A stretch of 64,000 nt of DNA from an uncultured Candidatus Saccharibacteria bacterium (GCA_964401295.1 CAYNXX010000001.1:137076-201075), one strand, 5' to 3'. Shown: positions 1 to 9,673, counted from the first letter of the stretch. The notes: generated by a model not told the origin, from the sequence alone. Numbers and translations are program-made.

Positions 1-1
1 C

Positions 2-1246
2 AAACCCAATAATTACAGATCGCTGCATACCACCTGTTTTTGTCTTGACGGAAAAATTACGGAGATACAGATAAAAACCCGCGAAATGCATATTGAAGCT
101 GAAAATGGCATCGCGGCCCATTGGGCTTATAAAGAGGGGCTCGATTTGAAAAATAAAAAATTCGCCTGGGTTAAACAATTAATGGATTGGCAAAAAGAAA
201 TTTCCGGATCAAAAGAATTTTTGGAGCGCCTTAAAATAGATTTCTTTAAAAATAGAATTTTCGTCCTTACGCCCAAGGGAGATGTGATTGATCTGCCGGA
301 GGGTGCAACGCCAGTTGATTTTGCCTATAGCGTACATGGTGAAGTGGGCGAAAAATGCTCCGCCGCAAAAATCAATGGGAAAATCTCCACCTTAAACTCC
401 GAACTTCATAATGGCGATCTTGTTGAGATTATAACCGAGAGAAATAAAAAACCATCTAGGGACTGGTTGGAATTTGTAAAAACCGCAGCAGCAAGAACTA
501 AAATAAAGGAGTGGTTCAGAAAAGAATCTCGTCCAGAAAATCTTACAAGAGGTATAGCATTGCTGAATGAAACCTTCAGATCAATAAGGGGCATTTCTTT
601 TGCCAATATTGACCAACACAAAAAGGATAAACTGCTCAATATTTTCCACTACAGAGATCTTGATAGTTTGGCCGTAGCCGTGGGCCAAGGAGAAGTTTCT
701 CCGGGGGAAATTTTAAAATCTGTATTTGGAGAGCGCGATTTGTTGTCCCGGACTCCAAAAATAGAGCTTGCGCGCAATGAAAAAATCGCATCGGGCAAAG
801 CTGCCATAGTCCTAGCTGGCACAACCGGCATAGCAATCAAAATCGCAAAATGCTGCCTTCCTCAGCCGAATGAAAAAATAATGGCCTACATTTCAAAAAG
901 CAAACCGGCTTCAGTCCATAAAGAAAATTGTGTCAACTTTTTATCGGCAAAAGAAAAATGGCCTCAAAAAATTATAGAGGCCTCTTGGACGAAAAACGCT
1001 GCCAATGCGCCATATCTTACAACTCTCTCAATTCTTACCGAAGATAGAATTGGACTCCTGCGCGATATTACATCGCTGATAAGCTCAATGGATATAAATA
1101 TTGTCGGATGTTACACCCAACCAAAATCTGCCACTGATAAGGCAATCGTTAGATTAACTTTAGAGATAGACGGAATTAAAGAGTTAGAGCAGGTTTTTGA
1201 ACGGCTCAAAAGCGTAGATGGCCTATTGGAAATCAAAAAAATCTAA
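2..1246 (+). CDS. rel: RelA/SpoT (p)ppGpp synthetase/hydrolase, 5'-truncated by the window edge
   Basis: Frame open from base 2 (KPNNYRSLHTT...EIQIKT...AAHWAYK); TGS (TPKGD..LPEGATPVDFAY), CC-containing ZFD and ACT (DRIGLLRDIT) domains. Confidence 0.95.
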   Translation, partial: KPNNYRSLHTTCFCLDGKITEIQIKTREMHIEAENGIAAHWAYKEGLDLKNKKFAWVKQLMDWQKEISGSKEFLERLKIDFFKNRIFVLTPKGDVIDLPEGATPVDFAYSVHGEVGEKCSAAKINGKISTLNSELHNGDLVEIITERNKKPSRDWLEFVKTAAARTKIKEWFRKESRPENLTRGIALLNETFRSIRGISFANIDQHKKDKLLNIFHYRDLDSLAVAVGQGEVSPGEILKSVFGERDLLSRTPKIELARNEKIASGKAAIVLAGTTGIAIKIAKCCLPQPNEKIMAYISKSKPASVHKENCVNFLSAKEKWPQKIIEASWTKNAANAPYLTTLSILTEDRIGLLRDITSLISSMDINIVGCYTQPKSATDKAIVRLTLEIDGIKELEQVFERLKSVDGLLEIKKI

Positions 1247-2121
1247 GATTTAAGGCGCTGAAGCAAGTCATTTATCTCCTGTTTTGACTTAAAGGAAATG
1301 ATAAGCTTGGGCCTTCCGGCTTCTAAACCGAACTTCAAATTTTCAATCCCAAAAATCTCTTTTGCTTTCTGCTCAAAAGTTTTCAATTCCCCCAAAAGAG
1401 CAATATGCCTTTTCGGCGCGGTCCAAATCTGTAGTCTTTGGGCAAAGCGCTCTGCATCGCGCACACTCAATCCGTCTTTTTGTATTTTTGCGAAAACTAT
1501 TTTTTGCTGCCCGGAATCTCGAGCCATCAAAATAGCTCGGGCGTGACCCTCGCTGATTTTTCCTTCTTTGATTGAAAACCTAATTTCTTCAGGTAAAGAT
1601 AAAAGACGCATAGTATTGGCAATTGCTTCACGGCTCTTACCAACTAGTTTCGCGATACCTTTTTGATGAAAGCCGAATTCATCCTGTAGTCTTTTATAGG
1701 CCTCGGCGCGCTCCAACGGATTCAAATCCATTCTTTGTACATTTTCTACCAGAGACAATTCCAATTTTTGGCGCGGGTTGGCTTCGCGTATTATCACCGG
1801 CACGCGTGAAAAATTAGCCATCTTCGCGGCTAAAAGTCGACGTTCTCCGGCGATCAACTGATATTCTGTTTGTCCGGTTGCATTATTTTCAATCCTGCTC
1901 ACAACCAGTGGCTGCAAAATTCCATGAGTCCGGATTGATTCGGCTAGAGCATCCAAGGCCTCTTGGTCAAACTCACGCCGAGGCTGATAGGGATTCGCTT
2001 TTATCTTTTCTATCTCTATAGAAAAAACCGCTTCTTTCCTTGATTCCGGCACGGTTAAGCTTGCCGGTTCAGATTTTTTGGGGATTAATGACTCCATCCC
2101 CTTTCCAAATTGCTGTGGCAT
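1243..2121 (-). CDS. parB: ParB/Spo0J chromosome partition protein
   Basis: NPYQPRREF, GILQPL, LIAGERR, ENVQR motifs and HTH; directly downstream of parA. Confidence 0.95.
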   Translation of the reverse strand: MPQQFGKGMESLIPKKSEPASLTVPESRKEAVFSIEIEKIKANPYQPRREFDQEALDALAESIRTHGILQPLVVSRIENNATGQTEYQLIAGERRLLAAKMANFSRVPVIIREANPRQKLELSLVENVQRMDLNPLERAEAYKRLQDEFGFHQKGIAKLVGKSREAIANTMRLLSLPEEIRFSIKEGKISEGHARAILMARDSGQQKIVFAKIQKDGLSVRDAERFAQRLQIWTAPKRHIALLGELKTFEQKAKEIFGIENLKFGLEAGRPKLIISFKSKQEINDLLQRLKS

Positions 2122-2127
2122 ATGATT

Positions 2128-2952
2128 TTATCCGGCGGGTTTTATTTCATAAGAATTTTGAGCCAAAGCATAACCTTCTCTTATTTTTTGCAGGTCAATC
2201 AATTCTTGGGCGATTTCTTTATAAGCTCGGGTGGCCAAGGACGCCGGCGCATAATGGAAAATAGTTTTGCCAGCCCGTGGCGCTTCGGCCAAAGCTACCG
2301 AACGCGGAATTACCGTACGAAAAACATAGCCTGGAAAATTTTTCCTGACCTCCTGCGCAACTTCTCTTGAAATCTTGTGGTGACTATTATACATCGTTAG
2401 CACTGCGCCGGCTATATTTAAATTGTGACCAAAATTATTTCTTATTAAACTTATCGTTGATAAAAGCTGGTTTAAACCTTCAAGCGCAAGGTATTCACAC
2501 TGCACCGGAACTAAAACATCGTTCGCCGCAGATAAAGCATTAATGGTCAAAAGTCCTAGACTCGGCGGAGAATCAATAAAAATAAAATCATAATCCTCGC
2601 TTATTTTTTCCAGAGTCTTGGCGAGTTTCGTTTCGCGCTCATGTACTGATACGAGTTCCACCTCCGCGCCGGCCAAATCCTGCGTTGAGGGCATAAGATC
2701 ATAGCCGAAAAACGGAGTCCTGCGTACCACGGCTCTCGGATTTACGTTGCCCAAAAGCGCATGATAGACGGAAATTGGAATATTTTTCGGATGAAAGCCC
2801 AAAGAATAAGTGGCATTGGCTTGGTGATCAAAATCAACCAGCAAAACTTTTTTCCCGAGCGACGCTAGAAAAACGGGCAGATTAACGCTTAAATTGGTCT
2901 TACCGACGCCTCCTTTATTGTTGCAAATCGCTATTATACGCGCCATTACCAA
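2128..2952 (-). CDS. parA: ParA/Soj ATPase
   Basis: Deviant Walker A KGGVGKT, DFDHQANAT, DSPPSLG, PVQCEYLALEG. Confidence 0.95.
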   Translation of the reverse strand: MVMARIIAICNNKGGVGKTNLSVNLPVFLASLGKKVLLVDFDHQANATYSLGFHPKNIPISVYHALLGNVNPRAVVRRTPFFGYDLMPSTQDLAGAEVELVSVHERETKLAKTLEKISEDYDFIFIDSPPSLGLLTINALSAANDVLVPVQCEYLALEGLNQLLSTISLIRNNFGHNLNIAGAVLTMYNSHHKISREVAQEVRKNFPGYVFRTVIPRSVALAEAPRAGKTIFHYAPASLATRAYKEIAQELIDLQKIREGYALAQNSYEIKPAG

Positions 2953-3013
2953 ACATTAACATAGCTTTATTTCATTTACAAATAGTCAATTTTTTGATAA
3001 AAAAAGTGATCGC

Positions 3014-3100
3014 GCCCGGGTGGCGAAACTGGCAGACGCACAGGACTCAAAATCCTGCGAGAGCAATCTCATGAGGGTTCAAGTCCCTCCCCGGGCACCA
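3014..3100 (+). tRNA. tRNA-Leu (anticodon CAA)
   Basis: Acceptor GCCCGGG/CCCGGGC+ACCA, anticodon arm CAGGA-CTCAAAA-TCCTG, long variable arm, T-loop TTCAAGT. Confidence 0.97.
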
Positions 3101-3131
3101 AAACTAACTTTGTCGGAAATGACTGCTCCGC
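3095..3131 (+). repeat. 37-bp att-like arm, copy 1 (begins in the tRNA-Leu 3' end)
   Basis: GCACCAAAACTAACTTTGTCGGAAATGACTGCTCCGC; 36/37 identical to 45085-45121 (+) and 46672-46708 (-). Confidence 0.95.
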
Positions 3132-3275
3132 GCGCCCCGATAAAAACTGCTAAAGATCTGTAAAAACATCGGCTCGAACCATATTTTGTAAAAGCAGGGG
3201 GGAATTTTTTTTAAAACTGAATACTTGATTCTAAAATCAACAACCTCGCTGATTTTTTGTTTCTGATACAAGCTA

Positions 3276-3303
3276 TTGACTTTTGTTTTGTGTATTATAT
3301 AAT
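3276..3303 (+). promoter_or_regulatory. Sigma70-like promoter for ORF 3349
   Basis: TTGACT (3276) - 16 nt - TATAAT (3298); AGGAGG RBS just before ATG 3349. Confidence 0.6.
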
Positions 3304-3348
3304 ATAACTGGCGCCTAAGAAAACGGGTGGCCAGAAAGGAGGATTGCT

Positions 3349-3663
3349 ATGGACCATAGCAACCTTGCAGGTCAGAAGTATTCCCACAGTCAATGTGTTC
3401 ACGGCAGGTGCCTTGACCACGGACCGGAGTGGGAAAACGTCGGTGAAGTGCGGCGCGAGCCCAATCCAGGAATCTTCGGTAAGAAGACCTCCGGGATGAA
3501 CCGTTGCTGCGGCAAGCCGATGACGCAGTACAAAGAAGTGCAGACGCAGCGGTGTCGTAAATGCGGACGTACCAAAGATCACATAACGAACTACCGCCTC
3601 GTATTCTGCCTCTGCTGCGGCTACCACTTCACCAAGTCCGGCAGCTCATTATTTACCCCCTAA
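3349..3663 (+). CDS. Cys/His-rich small hypothetical protein (possible Zn-binding)
   Basis: 104 aa with RCCGKPM, CRKCG, CLCCG; has its own promoter, RBS and terminator; GC-richer than flanking genes. Confidence 0.7.
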   Translation: MDHSNLAGQKYSHSQCVHGRCLDHGPEWENVGEVRREPNPGIFGKKTSGMNRCCGKPMTQYKEVQTQRCRKCGRTKDHITNYRLVFCLCCGYHFTKSGSSLFTP

Positions 3664-3678
3664 TGGTCGAGATGTAAC

Positions 3679-3722
3679 AAGGGGGTTGCGGGAGAAATCT
3701 CGCACCCCCTTTTTCTTTTTTT
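3679..3722 (+). terminator. Rho-independent terminator
   Basis: AAGGGGGTTGCG...CGCACCCCCTT stem followed by a long T tract. Confidence 0.7.
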
Positions 3723-3790
3723 CGTTTTTGAAATTATCCGGTTCGCGGCGAAGCCACTCATTTTTTGTGGGAGTTTCCTCGCCGCTGTAG

Positions 3791-3831
3791 GCGGCGAAAT
3801 GCATTTGAACTATTTTAAGAATTGGGTACTA
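3791..3831 (+). repeat. Distal element end, copy A
   Basis: 32/41 identical (29/33 over the first 33 bp) to the reverse complement of 42844-42884; both copies adjoin a TCGCCGC...GCGGCGA hairpin. Confidence 0.8.
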
Positions 3832-3859
3832 CAAAGACGGGCAGAAAGCCCGTCTTTGT
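3831..3859. terminator. Hairpin, probable terminator
   Basis: ACAAAGACGGGC-AGAAA-GCCCGTCTTTGT perfect 12-bp stem, directly after the distal element end and downstream of the PAP2 gene. Confidence 0.65.
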
Positions 3860-3876
3860 GACCGCTCAAATACTAG

Positions 3877-4404
3877 TTATTTAAACCGCCTGACAAGGCT
3901 TGGCGCAAAAGAAACAACCAACCATCCGCTCAAAATACCTATAACCGCTCCCCCTACAACATCTGTCGGCCAGTGGACGCCCACGAAAACGCGGGCTAAA
4001 GCTATTGCACTGCTGGCAAGCAAAAATGCAACGCCGGCTTTTTTGTTATAAAGATAGAAAACAGTTGAGAGCGCGAAATAAAAAGTGGCGTGGCCAGACG
4101 GAAAAGAATCATAAAGTGGTTCCCTACCGACGAGCGGAATGATATTTCCGTTAACAAACGGTCTTGGACGCGCGATAAAAAAACGTATAATCTCGGCAAC
4201 AATAAATCTTGAAAAAAATGCGGCAATTAATCCCTGCCATACCATCGGCCAGTATTTTTGGGCACGAAGCAAAAGAAAAATCGGTATGGTTAAAAGTAGT
4301 GCGTATCCCGCATATGTGGCGAAAAAAATAGCCACCGTGTCTAACCAGATATATTTCAATGTAAATCCGTTGATTAGCCTAAAAAGATATTGATCTATGG
4401 TCAT
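3877..4404 (-). CDS. PAP2-family phosphatase (BcrC-like undecaprenyl-PP phosphatase)
   Basis: RPRP, SFPSGH and ARVFVGVHWPTDV motifs; hydrophobic segments. Confidence 0.9.
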   Translation of the reverse strand: MTIDQYLFRLINGFTLKYIWLDTVAIFFATYAGYALLLTIPIFLLLRAQKYWPMVWQGLIAAFFSRFIVAEIIRFFIARPRPFVNGNIIPLVGREPLYDSFPSGHATFYFALSTVFYLYNKKAGVAFLLASSAIALARVFVGVHWPTDVVGGAVIGILSGWLVVSFAPSLVRRFK

Positions 4405-5561
4405 ATTTTTAGATTTCCATTAGCCTTTATTTTTTCTAGATAGGATTTTTTGCCAGCTTTTTGCGCGAAATATCCGGCTATTGCGGCCATAACTCCGTTA
4501 TCTGTGCAAAACTGCGCTTCGGGAGCAACAAAAGCAATATCTGGCGATTCGTTTTTCAATCTCTGTTCCAGTTGACGCCTTAATTCATTGTTGGCCGCAA
4601 CTCCGCCGCCGATTATCACCATCTTAGCATTATAATTTCTAGCCGCGCGGATTGTTTTTTTAACCAAAACGTCAATTATGGCCTGCTGAATTTCAGAGGC
4701 CATTGCCCAAATATAATTCTTGGACATTCTTATTTCCTCCGGCTGCGTTCGCCAATTATACAAAACTGCAGTTTTAAGTCCGGAAAAGCTAAAATCACAA
4801 TCCTGACTTTTGATCATCGGCCGCGGCAATTTAAGTTTCTCTTTATATTTATATTCGGCGCGTTTAGCCGCTTCTGCTATTGCCGGCCCTCCTGGATAAC
4901 CTAGTCCCAAAAGCCGCGCAGTTTTGTCAAAACATTCACCGGCCGAATCGTCCCTCGTCTCACCTATAATCTTATAGCTTCTCGGCTTTTTTGCCAAAAT
5001 CAGCATCGTATGTCCGCCCGACACAAGTAGGCAAATAAAAGGAAATTTATATGGCAGATCCGACAGATTAAGACAGCTCGTTAGAAGATGCGCCTCCAAA
5101 TGATTAACCGCAAAAATTGGTTTATTCCACCAAATTGCTAAAGTTTTCGCAAAATTTATGCCGGTCCAAAGCGCCGGCTCAAGCCCTGGACCATTGACTA
5201 CTGAAATTAAATCTATTCTTGGCACGCCATAATTTTTTAAAAACTTAACCGTACTGGCATAAAATTTTGGCTCTCTTCCCAATATTTTTTTAACTTTTTG
5301 ATTTTCGGATTGTAATTTTGACTTTTGATTTTTGGGTTTTGATTTTAACAATCCCGATAGACTCAAGGCCTTCTTTAATACCGGCACAAGATTGCGTTGA
5401 TGTTCTCTTTTCGCCAACATCGGCACAACACCGCCCCATCTCATGTGAATTTTCACCTGCGAAGAAACGATATCGGAAAGAATTTTAAAATTGTCGTTTT
5501 CTGAATCAACAATCGCTATTGCGGTTTCATCGCACGAAGTTTCAATGCCGAGTATTTTCAT
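4401..5561 (-). CDS. tsaD: tRNA N6-threonylcarbamoyltransferase TsaD
   Basis: ILGIETSCDET, GPGL, NHLEAH, VSGGHT, DKTAR, FSFSGLKT, TDNG. Confidence 0.97.
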   Translation of the reverse strand: MKILGIETSCDETAIAIVDSENDNFKILSDIVSSQVKIHMRWGGVVPMLAKREHQRNLVPVLKKALSLSGLLKSKPKNQKSKLQSENQKVKKILGREPKFYASTVKFLKNYGVPRIDLISVVNGPGLEPALWTGINFAKTLAIWWNKPIFAVNHLEAHLLTSCLNLSDLPYKFPFICLLVSGGHTMLILAKKPRSYKIIGETRDDSAGECFDKTARLLGLGYPGGPAIAEAAKRAEYKYKEKLKLPRPMIKSQDCDFSFSGLKTAVLYNWRTQPEEIRMSKNYIWAMASEIQQAIIDVLVKKTIRAARNYNAKMVIIGGGVAANNELRRQLEQRLKNESPDIAFVAPEAQFCTDNGVMAAIAGYFAQKAGKKSYLEKIKANGNLKI

Positions 5562-5735
5562 GGCCTTAAAATTTTATATAAAAACTGATTAGATAGATCT
5601 TTTTGATGACTGACGCATCACTATTTTAAGAATTTTAATTTTATTTTCCGTGGTTAATTTTATTACTTTCATAAACTACCATGCCATATCTTAAAATAGT
5701 TAATCGGGTAGGCTAGTATACTATGGCAAATAAAT

Positions 5736-6677
5736 TTAATATTTATTGACGTGCTCCAGTGCCAATTTTACAGCGCCAATAACAGGTTCGCTGCGCGGCA
5801 AAACAAAATAAACTCTCCGTGCCACCTTTTTAATTTCAGCCTCAACCTCCTTTGTCACCCATTTTGAACGGAATAGTCCACCGCTTAAAACTACAGGAAA
5901 TTCCCTTTTATCTAAATTAAGTCTTTTAATAACAGTTAGGGCTGCCAGCGCAAGTTCATCGCCGGCCGAAATTAATATTTTTTTTGCCGCCTTATCGCCT
6001 CTTTTGGCGGATGCATCAACCAAATGTGAAAATGAGGCAACTTTCTCAACCAAATCCAAAGTGTATATCATTTCTGTAAGATCCTTAGCTTTTTTAACGC
6101 GCCATTTTTTGATAATCGCCATGCCCAATTTACTCTCCTTCTTGCGGCCGTCCAGCTCATGGCATAGCATTTGTAAAACTTTTTGACCGATCCAAAAAGC
6201 TGAACCCTGATCACCTAAAATATAATCCCAGCCGCCGGCAATCGCCTCGTTGTCGCCGCGCCAACCCATGGCAATCGATCCAGTGCCAGCTATGACAACC
6301 ACGCCGTCGCCACAATCGCTGCCGGATCTGAATGCGGCTTTTTGATCTCCTTCTACTGCAATAATTTCATGCAAATTCGCAAATTGCGGAAGCGCTTTTA
6401 AAAGATAACTTTTTATCGTCTCTCTTTTTTTTGTATTGCGCTCCAGAGAACCAGCAAGAGCTATATATATAGAGGCGATTTTATTTTTATTCATGCCGAT
6501 AGAAACTTTTTTTATCGCCGATTTTAAAACTTCGATTGTCTGATCATATCCAACTTTATTTGGATTAGAGGGGCCGAACAAGGTTCTTTTGATAATTTTT
6601 CCGGATGAATCAGCTAAAACGGCGATGGTTTTGGTGCCGCCGCCGTCTATGCCTATGACAAAATTTTTGCTTTTCAT
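5736..6677 (-). CDS. BadF/BadG/BcrA/BcrD-family sugar kinase (GlcNAc/MurNAc kinase-like)
   Basis: IGIDGGGTKT, IAGTGS, GGWDYILGDQGSAFWIG. Confidence 0.85.
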   Translation of the reverse strand: MKSKNFVIGIDGGGTKTIAVLADSSGKIIKRTLFGPSNPNKVGYDQTIEVLKSAIKKVSIGMNKNKIASIYIALAGSLERNTKKRETIKSYLLKALPQFANLHEIIAVEGDQKAAFRSGSDCGDGVVVIAGTGSIAMGWRGDNEAIAGGWDYILGDQGSAFWIGQKVLQMLCHELDGRKKESKLGMAIIKKWRVKKAKDLTEMIYTLDLVEKVASFSHLVDASAKRGDKAAKKILISAGDELALAALTVIKRLNLDKREFPVVLSGGLFRSKWVTKEVEAEIKKVARRVYFVLPRSEPVIGAVKLALEHVNKY

Positions 6678-6748
6678 ATATATTTTTATTATATTTTCTT
6701 TTTTTTATTATAAACAGATTAAAAAGCGGTCACAATGCCGCTTTTGTT

Positions 6749-7027
6749 TTAGCCGTAACTCGACTTATCATTTAGTGCAGTTTCGAAACGCTCCCGTTCA
6801 CTACCCATCCAATAGCCGAAAATTGCCATAAAATCTTTAAAGCAAGCGTCGCAAAGCTCAATATATCCTTCTATCTCTGGCTTAATAAAACCGTGGGCTA
6901 TTAAAGAAAAAAGTTGCCTTATATGACGCAAAATCCAACTCCAATAACCTTCTTTGCCGACAGTTTTTATTCTGTTGCCCGCGCCCCATTCGTTTATCCT
7001 TACCCCACAGCGCATGCAGTTTCTCAC
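6749..7027 (-). CDS. Hypothetical protein with two CxxC pairs
   Basis: CMRCG and CDAC; start overlaps the stop of the glmU-like gene. Confidence 0.55.
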   Translation of the reverse strand: MRNCMRCGVRINEWGAGNRIKTVGKEGYWSWILRHIRQLFSLIAHGFIKPEIEGYIELCDACFKDFMAIFGYWMGSERERFETALNDKSSYG

Positions 7028-8304
7028 TTTTGCCTCCTTTGTTTTTTAAAATTTTTAAATTGCGAATAAAAAATGGTCTTGTCTTCTACCAAATCTTGCA
7101 CCATAGCATTCGGTCCAATAATACAATACGAACCAATAAGTGCACCGGGCATTAGACTTGCGCCGACTCCGATATGCGATTTTTTGCCGACAATGGCGCC
7201 CAAAGATGCAAGCTCGGTGTTTATTTTCCCTTTTTTAGAATAAGCTCTAACGATTCCTCTGTCAAACCTAACGTTTGCCGTAATCACGCCCGCACCGATT
7301 CTGCAGTCCGAGGAAAAAACCGAATCGCCGAAAAATCCAGAATGGCAATGGACATCATCGCCAAAAGAACTGCGCGCGATTTCGGCATTTGCGCCGATGA
7401 TGCATCTTTCTCCTACATCAACATAATCGCGCAAAAGCGTATTATTTCCAACAACCGTTCCTTTGCCTATATAAACCGGGCCCTTGATAACCGCATTTTC
7501 AAAAATCTTTACCTTCTCGCCGATGAAAACCTTTCCGCTTATGATTGCATTCGGTGCAACTTTCACACTTTTGGCGATAAAATATTTCAAATATTTATCA
7601 AACAGATATTTTTTAATTTCAGAAATGTGCCATGGATATTTTAAAGACGGGCTTTTTGTGCCTTTTTGCAATAACAGCGCTGCCAAATTATGATCTTTTG
7701 TATAGGCCGAGAGGGCTGCCTCAAAATCATATGCGCCGCGTTTAGTTTTTTTATAGACATCAAAAAATCCTGGCTCCAATAGATAAATACCCACTGCTCT
7801 TATTTTTGATGGTTCTTTCCCCGCTTTTGGCTTCTCAACAATCTCAGCAACCTTAGACCCTCTCATTTTTATTATTCCATAAAGCTCGGGTGTTTCCGTT
7901 TCTTGGCCAACGAGCAAGCCTGCGCCGCGCCTGGTAGGATATTTTTTCTTCATTTCCGAAATTATTTCTTCGGCATCTATTCTTGAGGCATTTAAAACAA
8001 AGAATGGACCGGAAAGCAGACTTTTTGCCTGCCATAGGGCATCACCCATACCCCTTGGCTCTTTTTGCGTGACGTAGTGTATCGCCGCGCCGGTCATCGG
8101 ATAATTTTTTATAACGGCTTCGATCTCTCTATTTTTTTCCTGCACGATAATAATATTTTTAATGCCGGCGCGTTTTAAAGCCGAAATTGTATAGTAAATT
8201 AAGGGCTTGCCCATTATTTTGAAAAGGACTTTTGACTGGAAATTTAGCGGCCAGAAGCGCGATGATTCGCCGCCAGCCAGGATTACCGCCGAAATATTTT
8301 TCAT
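7024..8304 (-). CDS. GlmU-like sugar-1-phosphate nucleotidyltransferase/acetyltransferase (archaeal type)
   Basis: VILAGG..SRFWPL, IVEKP, C-terminal hexapeptide repeats, GAGVITANVRFD. Confidence 0.85.
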   Translation of the reverse strand: MKNISAVILAGGESSRFWPLNFQSKVLFKIMGKPLIYYTISALKRAGIKNIIIVQEKNREIEAVIKNYPMTGAAIHYVTQKEPRGMGDALWQAKSLLSGPFFVLNASRIDAEEIISEMKKKYPTRRGAGLLVGQETETPELYGIIKMRGSKVAEIVEKPKAGKEPSKIRAVGIYLLEPGFFDVYKKTKRGAYDFEAALSAYTKDHNLAALLLQKGTKSPSLKYPWHISEIKKYLFDKYLKYFIAKSVKVAPNAIISGKVFIGEKVKIFENAVIKGPVYIGKGTVVGNNTLLRDYVDVGERCIIGANAEIARSSFGDDVHCHSGFFGDSVFSSDCRIGAGVITANVRFDRGIVRAYSKKGKINTELASLGAIVGKKSHIGVGASLMPGALIGSYCIIGPNAMVQDLVEDKTIFYSQFKNFKKQRRQK

Positions 8305-9242
8305 AAATGTATTTTAAGTAGTACTCTAGCTAATTTATCCGGATCGTGCCTGACAAAACCTGACTTGCTCAGAAAATTCCCTGCGATAATTTTGAAATTT
8401 TTTTCTTTGAAGTCTAACTTTTTCCATGAAACGAATTGCGCGCCCTGTTTTTCATATTGCTCAATGCGATTTTTAGAAGGTTTTTTGGTATTTAAAATTA
8501 TAGCATCCAAAACCTTTCCTCCCGCATATTTTTCTATAGCGCACACGAAATCTTTAGCAGTAAATCCGTTCGTTTCTCCAAATTTTGTCATTAAATTGCA
8601 GACGTAAACTTTTTTTGCCGGACTTTTACGAACAGCTTTCGCAATGCCATCAACCAAAAAATTTGGAATGATGCTTGAAAAAAGATCGCCTGGCCCTATG
8701 ACTATTAAATCGGCTTTGGCGATCGCCTGCAAAGCTTTTGGATTGGCCGGGCAGTAAGGACTCAACCAAACATCAACTATACGAAGCCATCCATCATGTT
8801 TGGGCACGTCTATATTCGTTTCGCCCTCAATTACGTTTTTATTTTCCAGCTTAGCGAAAAGTCTCGCGTTACCGAAGGTTGATGGAATAACCTCGCCTTT
8901 TACATCCAAAATCCTTTCCGTCTCATTAAGCGCTTTTTGCGGATCGCCATATATCCTAGAGAGTAGATAAATCAAAAGATTGCCAACTGTATGACCCGCA
9001 AACACTCCTTCAGTAAGTCTGAAATTTAAGGCAGTCGTATTTTTTTTAAAGCGCAAAAGCGCAGCAAGCGCCGGCCTTATAGATCCGGCTGGCAGTATAC
9101 CTCGTTCCCTCCGTAAAATACCCGTGGACCCACCATCATCGGCCATAGAAACAACCGCGGATAAATTAACCGGATAGTTTTTGAGACCCGTAAGAACAGT
9201 AAAAGTTCCTGTACCGCCACCGATGACTAAGATATTTTTCAT
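8301..9242 (-). CDS. YvcK/GlmR (UPF0052, CofD-like) protein
   Basis: IGGGTG, MADDGGSTG, GHTVGNL, GPGDLFSSIIPN, RHDPDKLA; start placed at MKNILV. Confidence 0.9.
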   Translation of the reverse strand: MKNILVIGGGTGTFTVLTGLKNYPVNLSAVVSMADDGGSTGILRRERGILPAGSIRPALAALLRFKKNTTALNFRLTEGVFAGHTVGNLLIYLLSRIYGDPQKALNETERILDVKGEVIPSTFGNARLFAKLENKNVIEGETNIDVPKHDGWLRIVDVWLSPYCPANPKALQAIAKADLIVIGPGDLFSSIIPNFLVDGIAKAVRKSPAKKVYVCNLMTKFGETNGFTAKDFVCAIEKYAGGKVLDAIILNTKKPSKNRIEQYEKQGAQFVSWKKLDFKEKNFKIIAGNFLSKSGFVRHDPDKLARVLLKIHL

Positions 9243-9269
9243 AAACCCATATATAATAATTTCCATTCC

Positions 9270-9298
9270 TTGACAGGCCACGTCATATTTGTTATTAT
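9270..9298 (+). promoter_or_regulatory. Sigma70-like promoter for ORF 9362
   Basis: TTGACA - 17 nt - TATTAT with an extended -10 TG. Confidence 0.7.
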
Positions 9299-9361
9299 GG
9301 TCATATCCTTTTAACAATCATAGGGAGGTTAAATGGTCACAAAAAAGAGGAACCATAACTC

Positions 9362-9673
9362 ATGATGGGGAGGGAAATTACTCTCGGTATGTATTGCATG
9401 CGTTGCAGTGATATGCAAACCGTGTATGCGTATTTAAATTTAAATACCGAGGACGATAGCATTATAATCATAGTTGAACCCATAGGGGCGATAGATTTCC
9501 GGACCGGCGACGCCGGACTTACTGAATTTGTCCACCGTTGCGGTGGACCGGTCAAATTTATAAGCCCATATTTTTCTCTTAATACTAAGTGTAAACTGGT
9601 TCCTCAATCTCCGATTGGCATGCCATCGAATCCGCGGCAAAGAGAAGCTTCTCGCCGCGGTGTGGCCATTTGA
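9362..9673 (+). CDS. Hypothetical protein (CxxC...HxC, possible Zn ribbon)
   Basis: 103 aa, YCMRC and HRCGG; has its own promoter and terminator; opposite strand to flanking genes. Confidence 0.6.
   Translation: MMGREITLGMYCMRCSDMQTVYAYLNLNTEDDSIIIIVEPIGAIDFRTGDAGLTEFVHRCGGPVKFISPYFSLNTKCKLVPQSPIGMPSNPRQREASRRGVAI

Larger units (their letters stand above)
3095..3831. mobile_element. Putative non-autonomous mini-element at the tRNA-Leu 3' end
   Basis: Bounded by the 37-bp arm and a 41-bp distal end (3791-3831) homologous to 42844-42884; carries one self-contained ORF and no recombinase. Confidence 0.65.

Noticed and set aside
2953-3013. oriC or parS beside parAB
   Set aside because: No DnaA-box cluster or TGTTTCACGTGAAACA-like palindrome seen.
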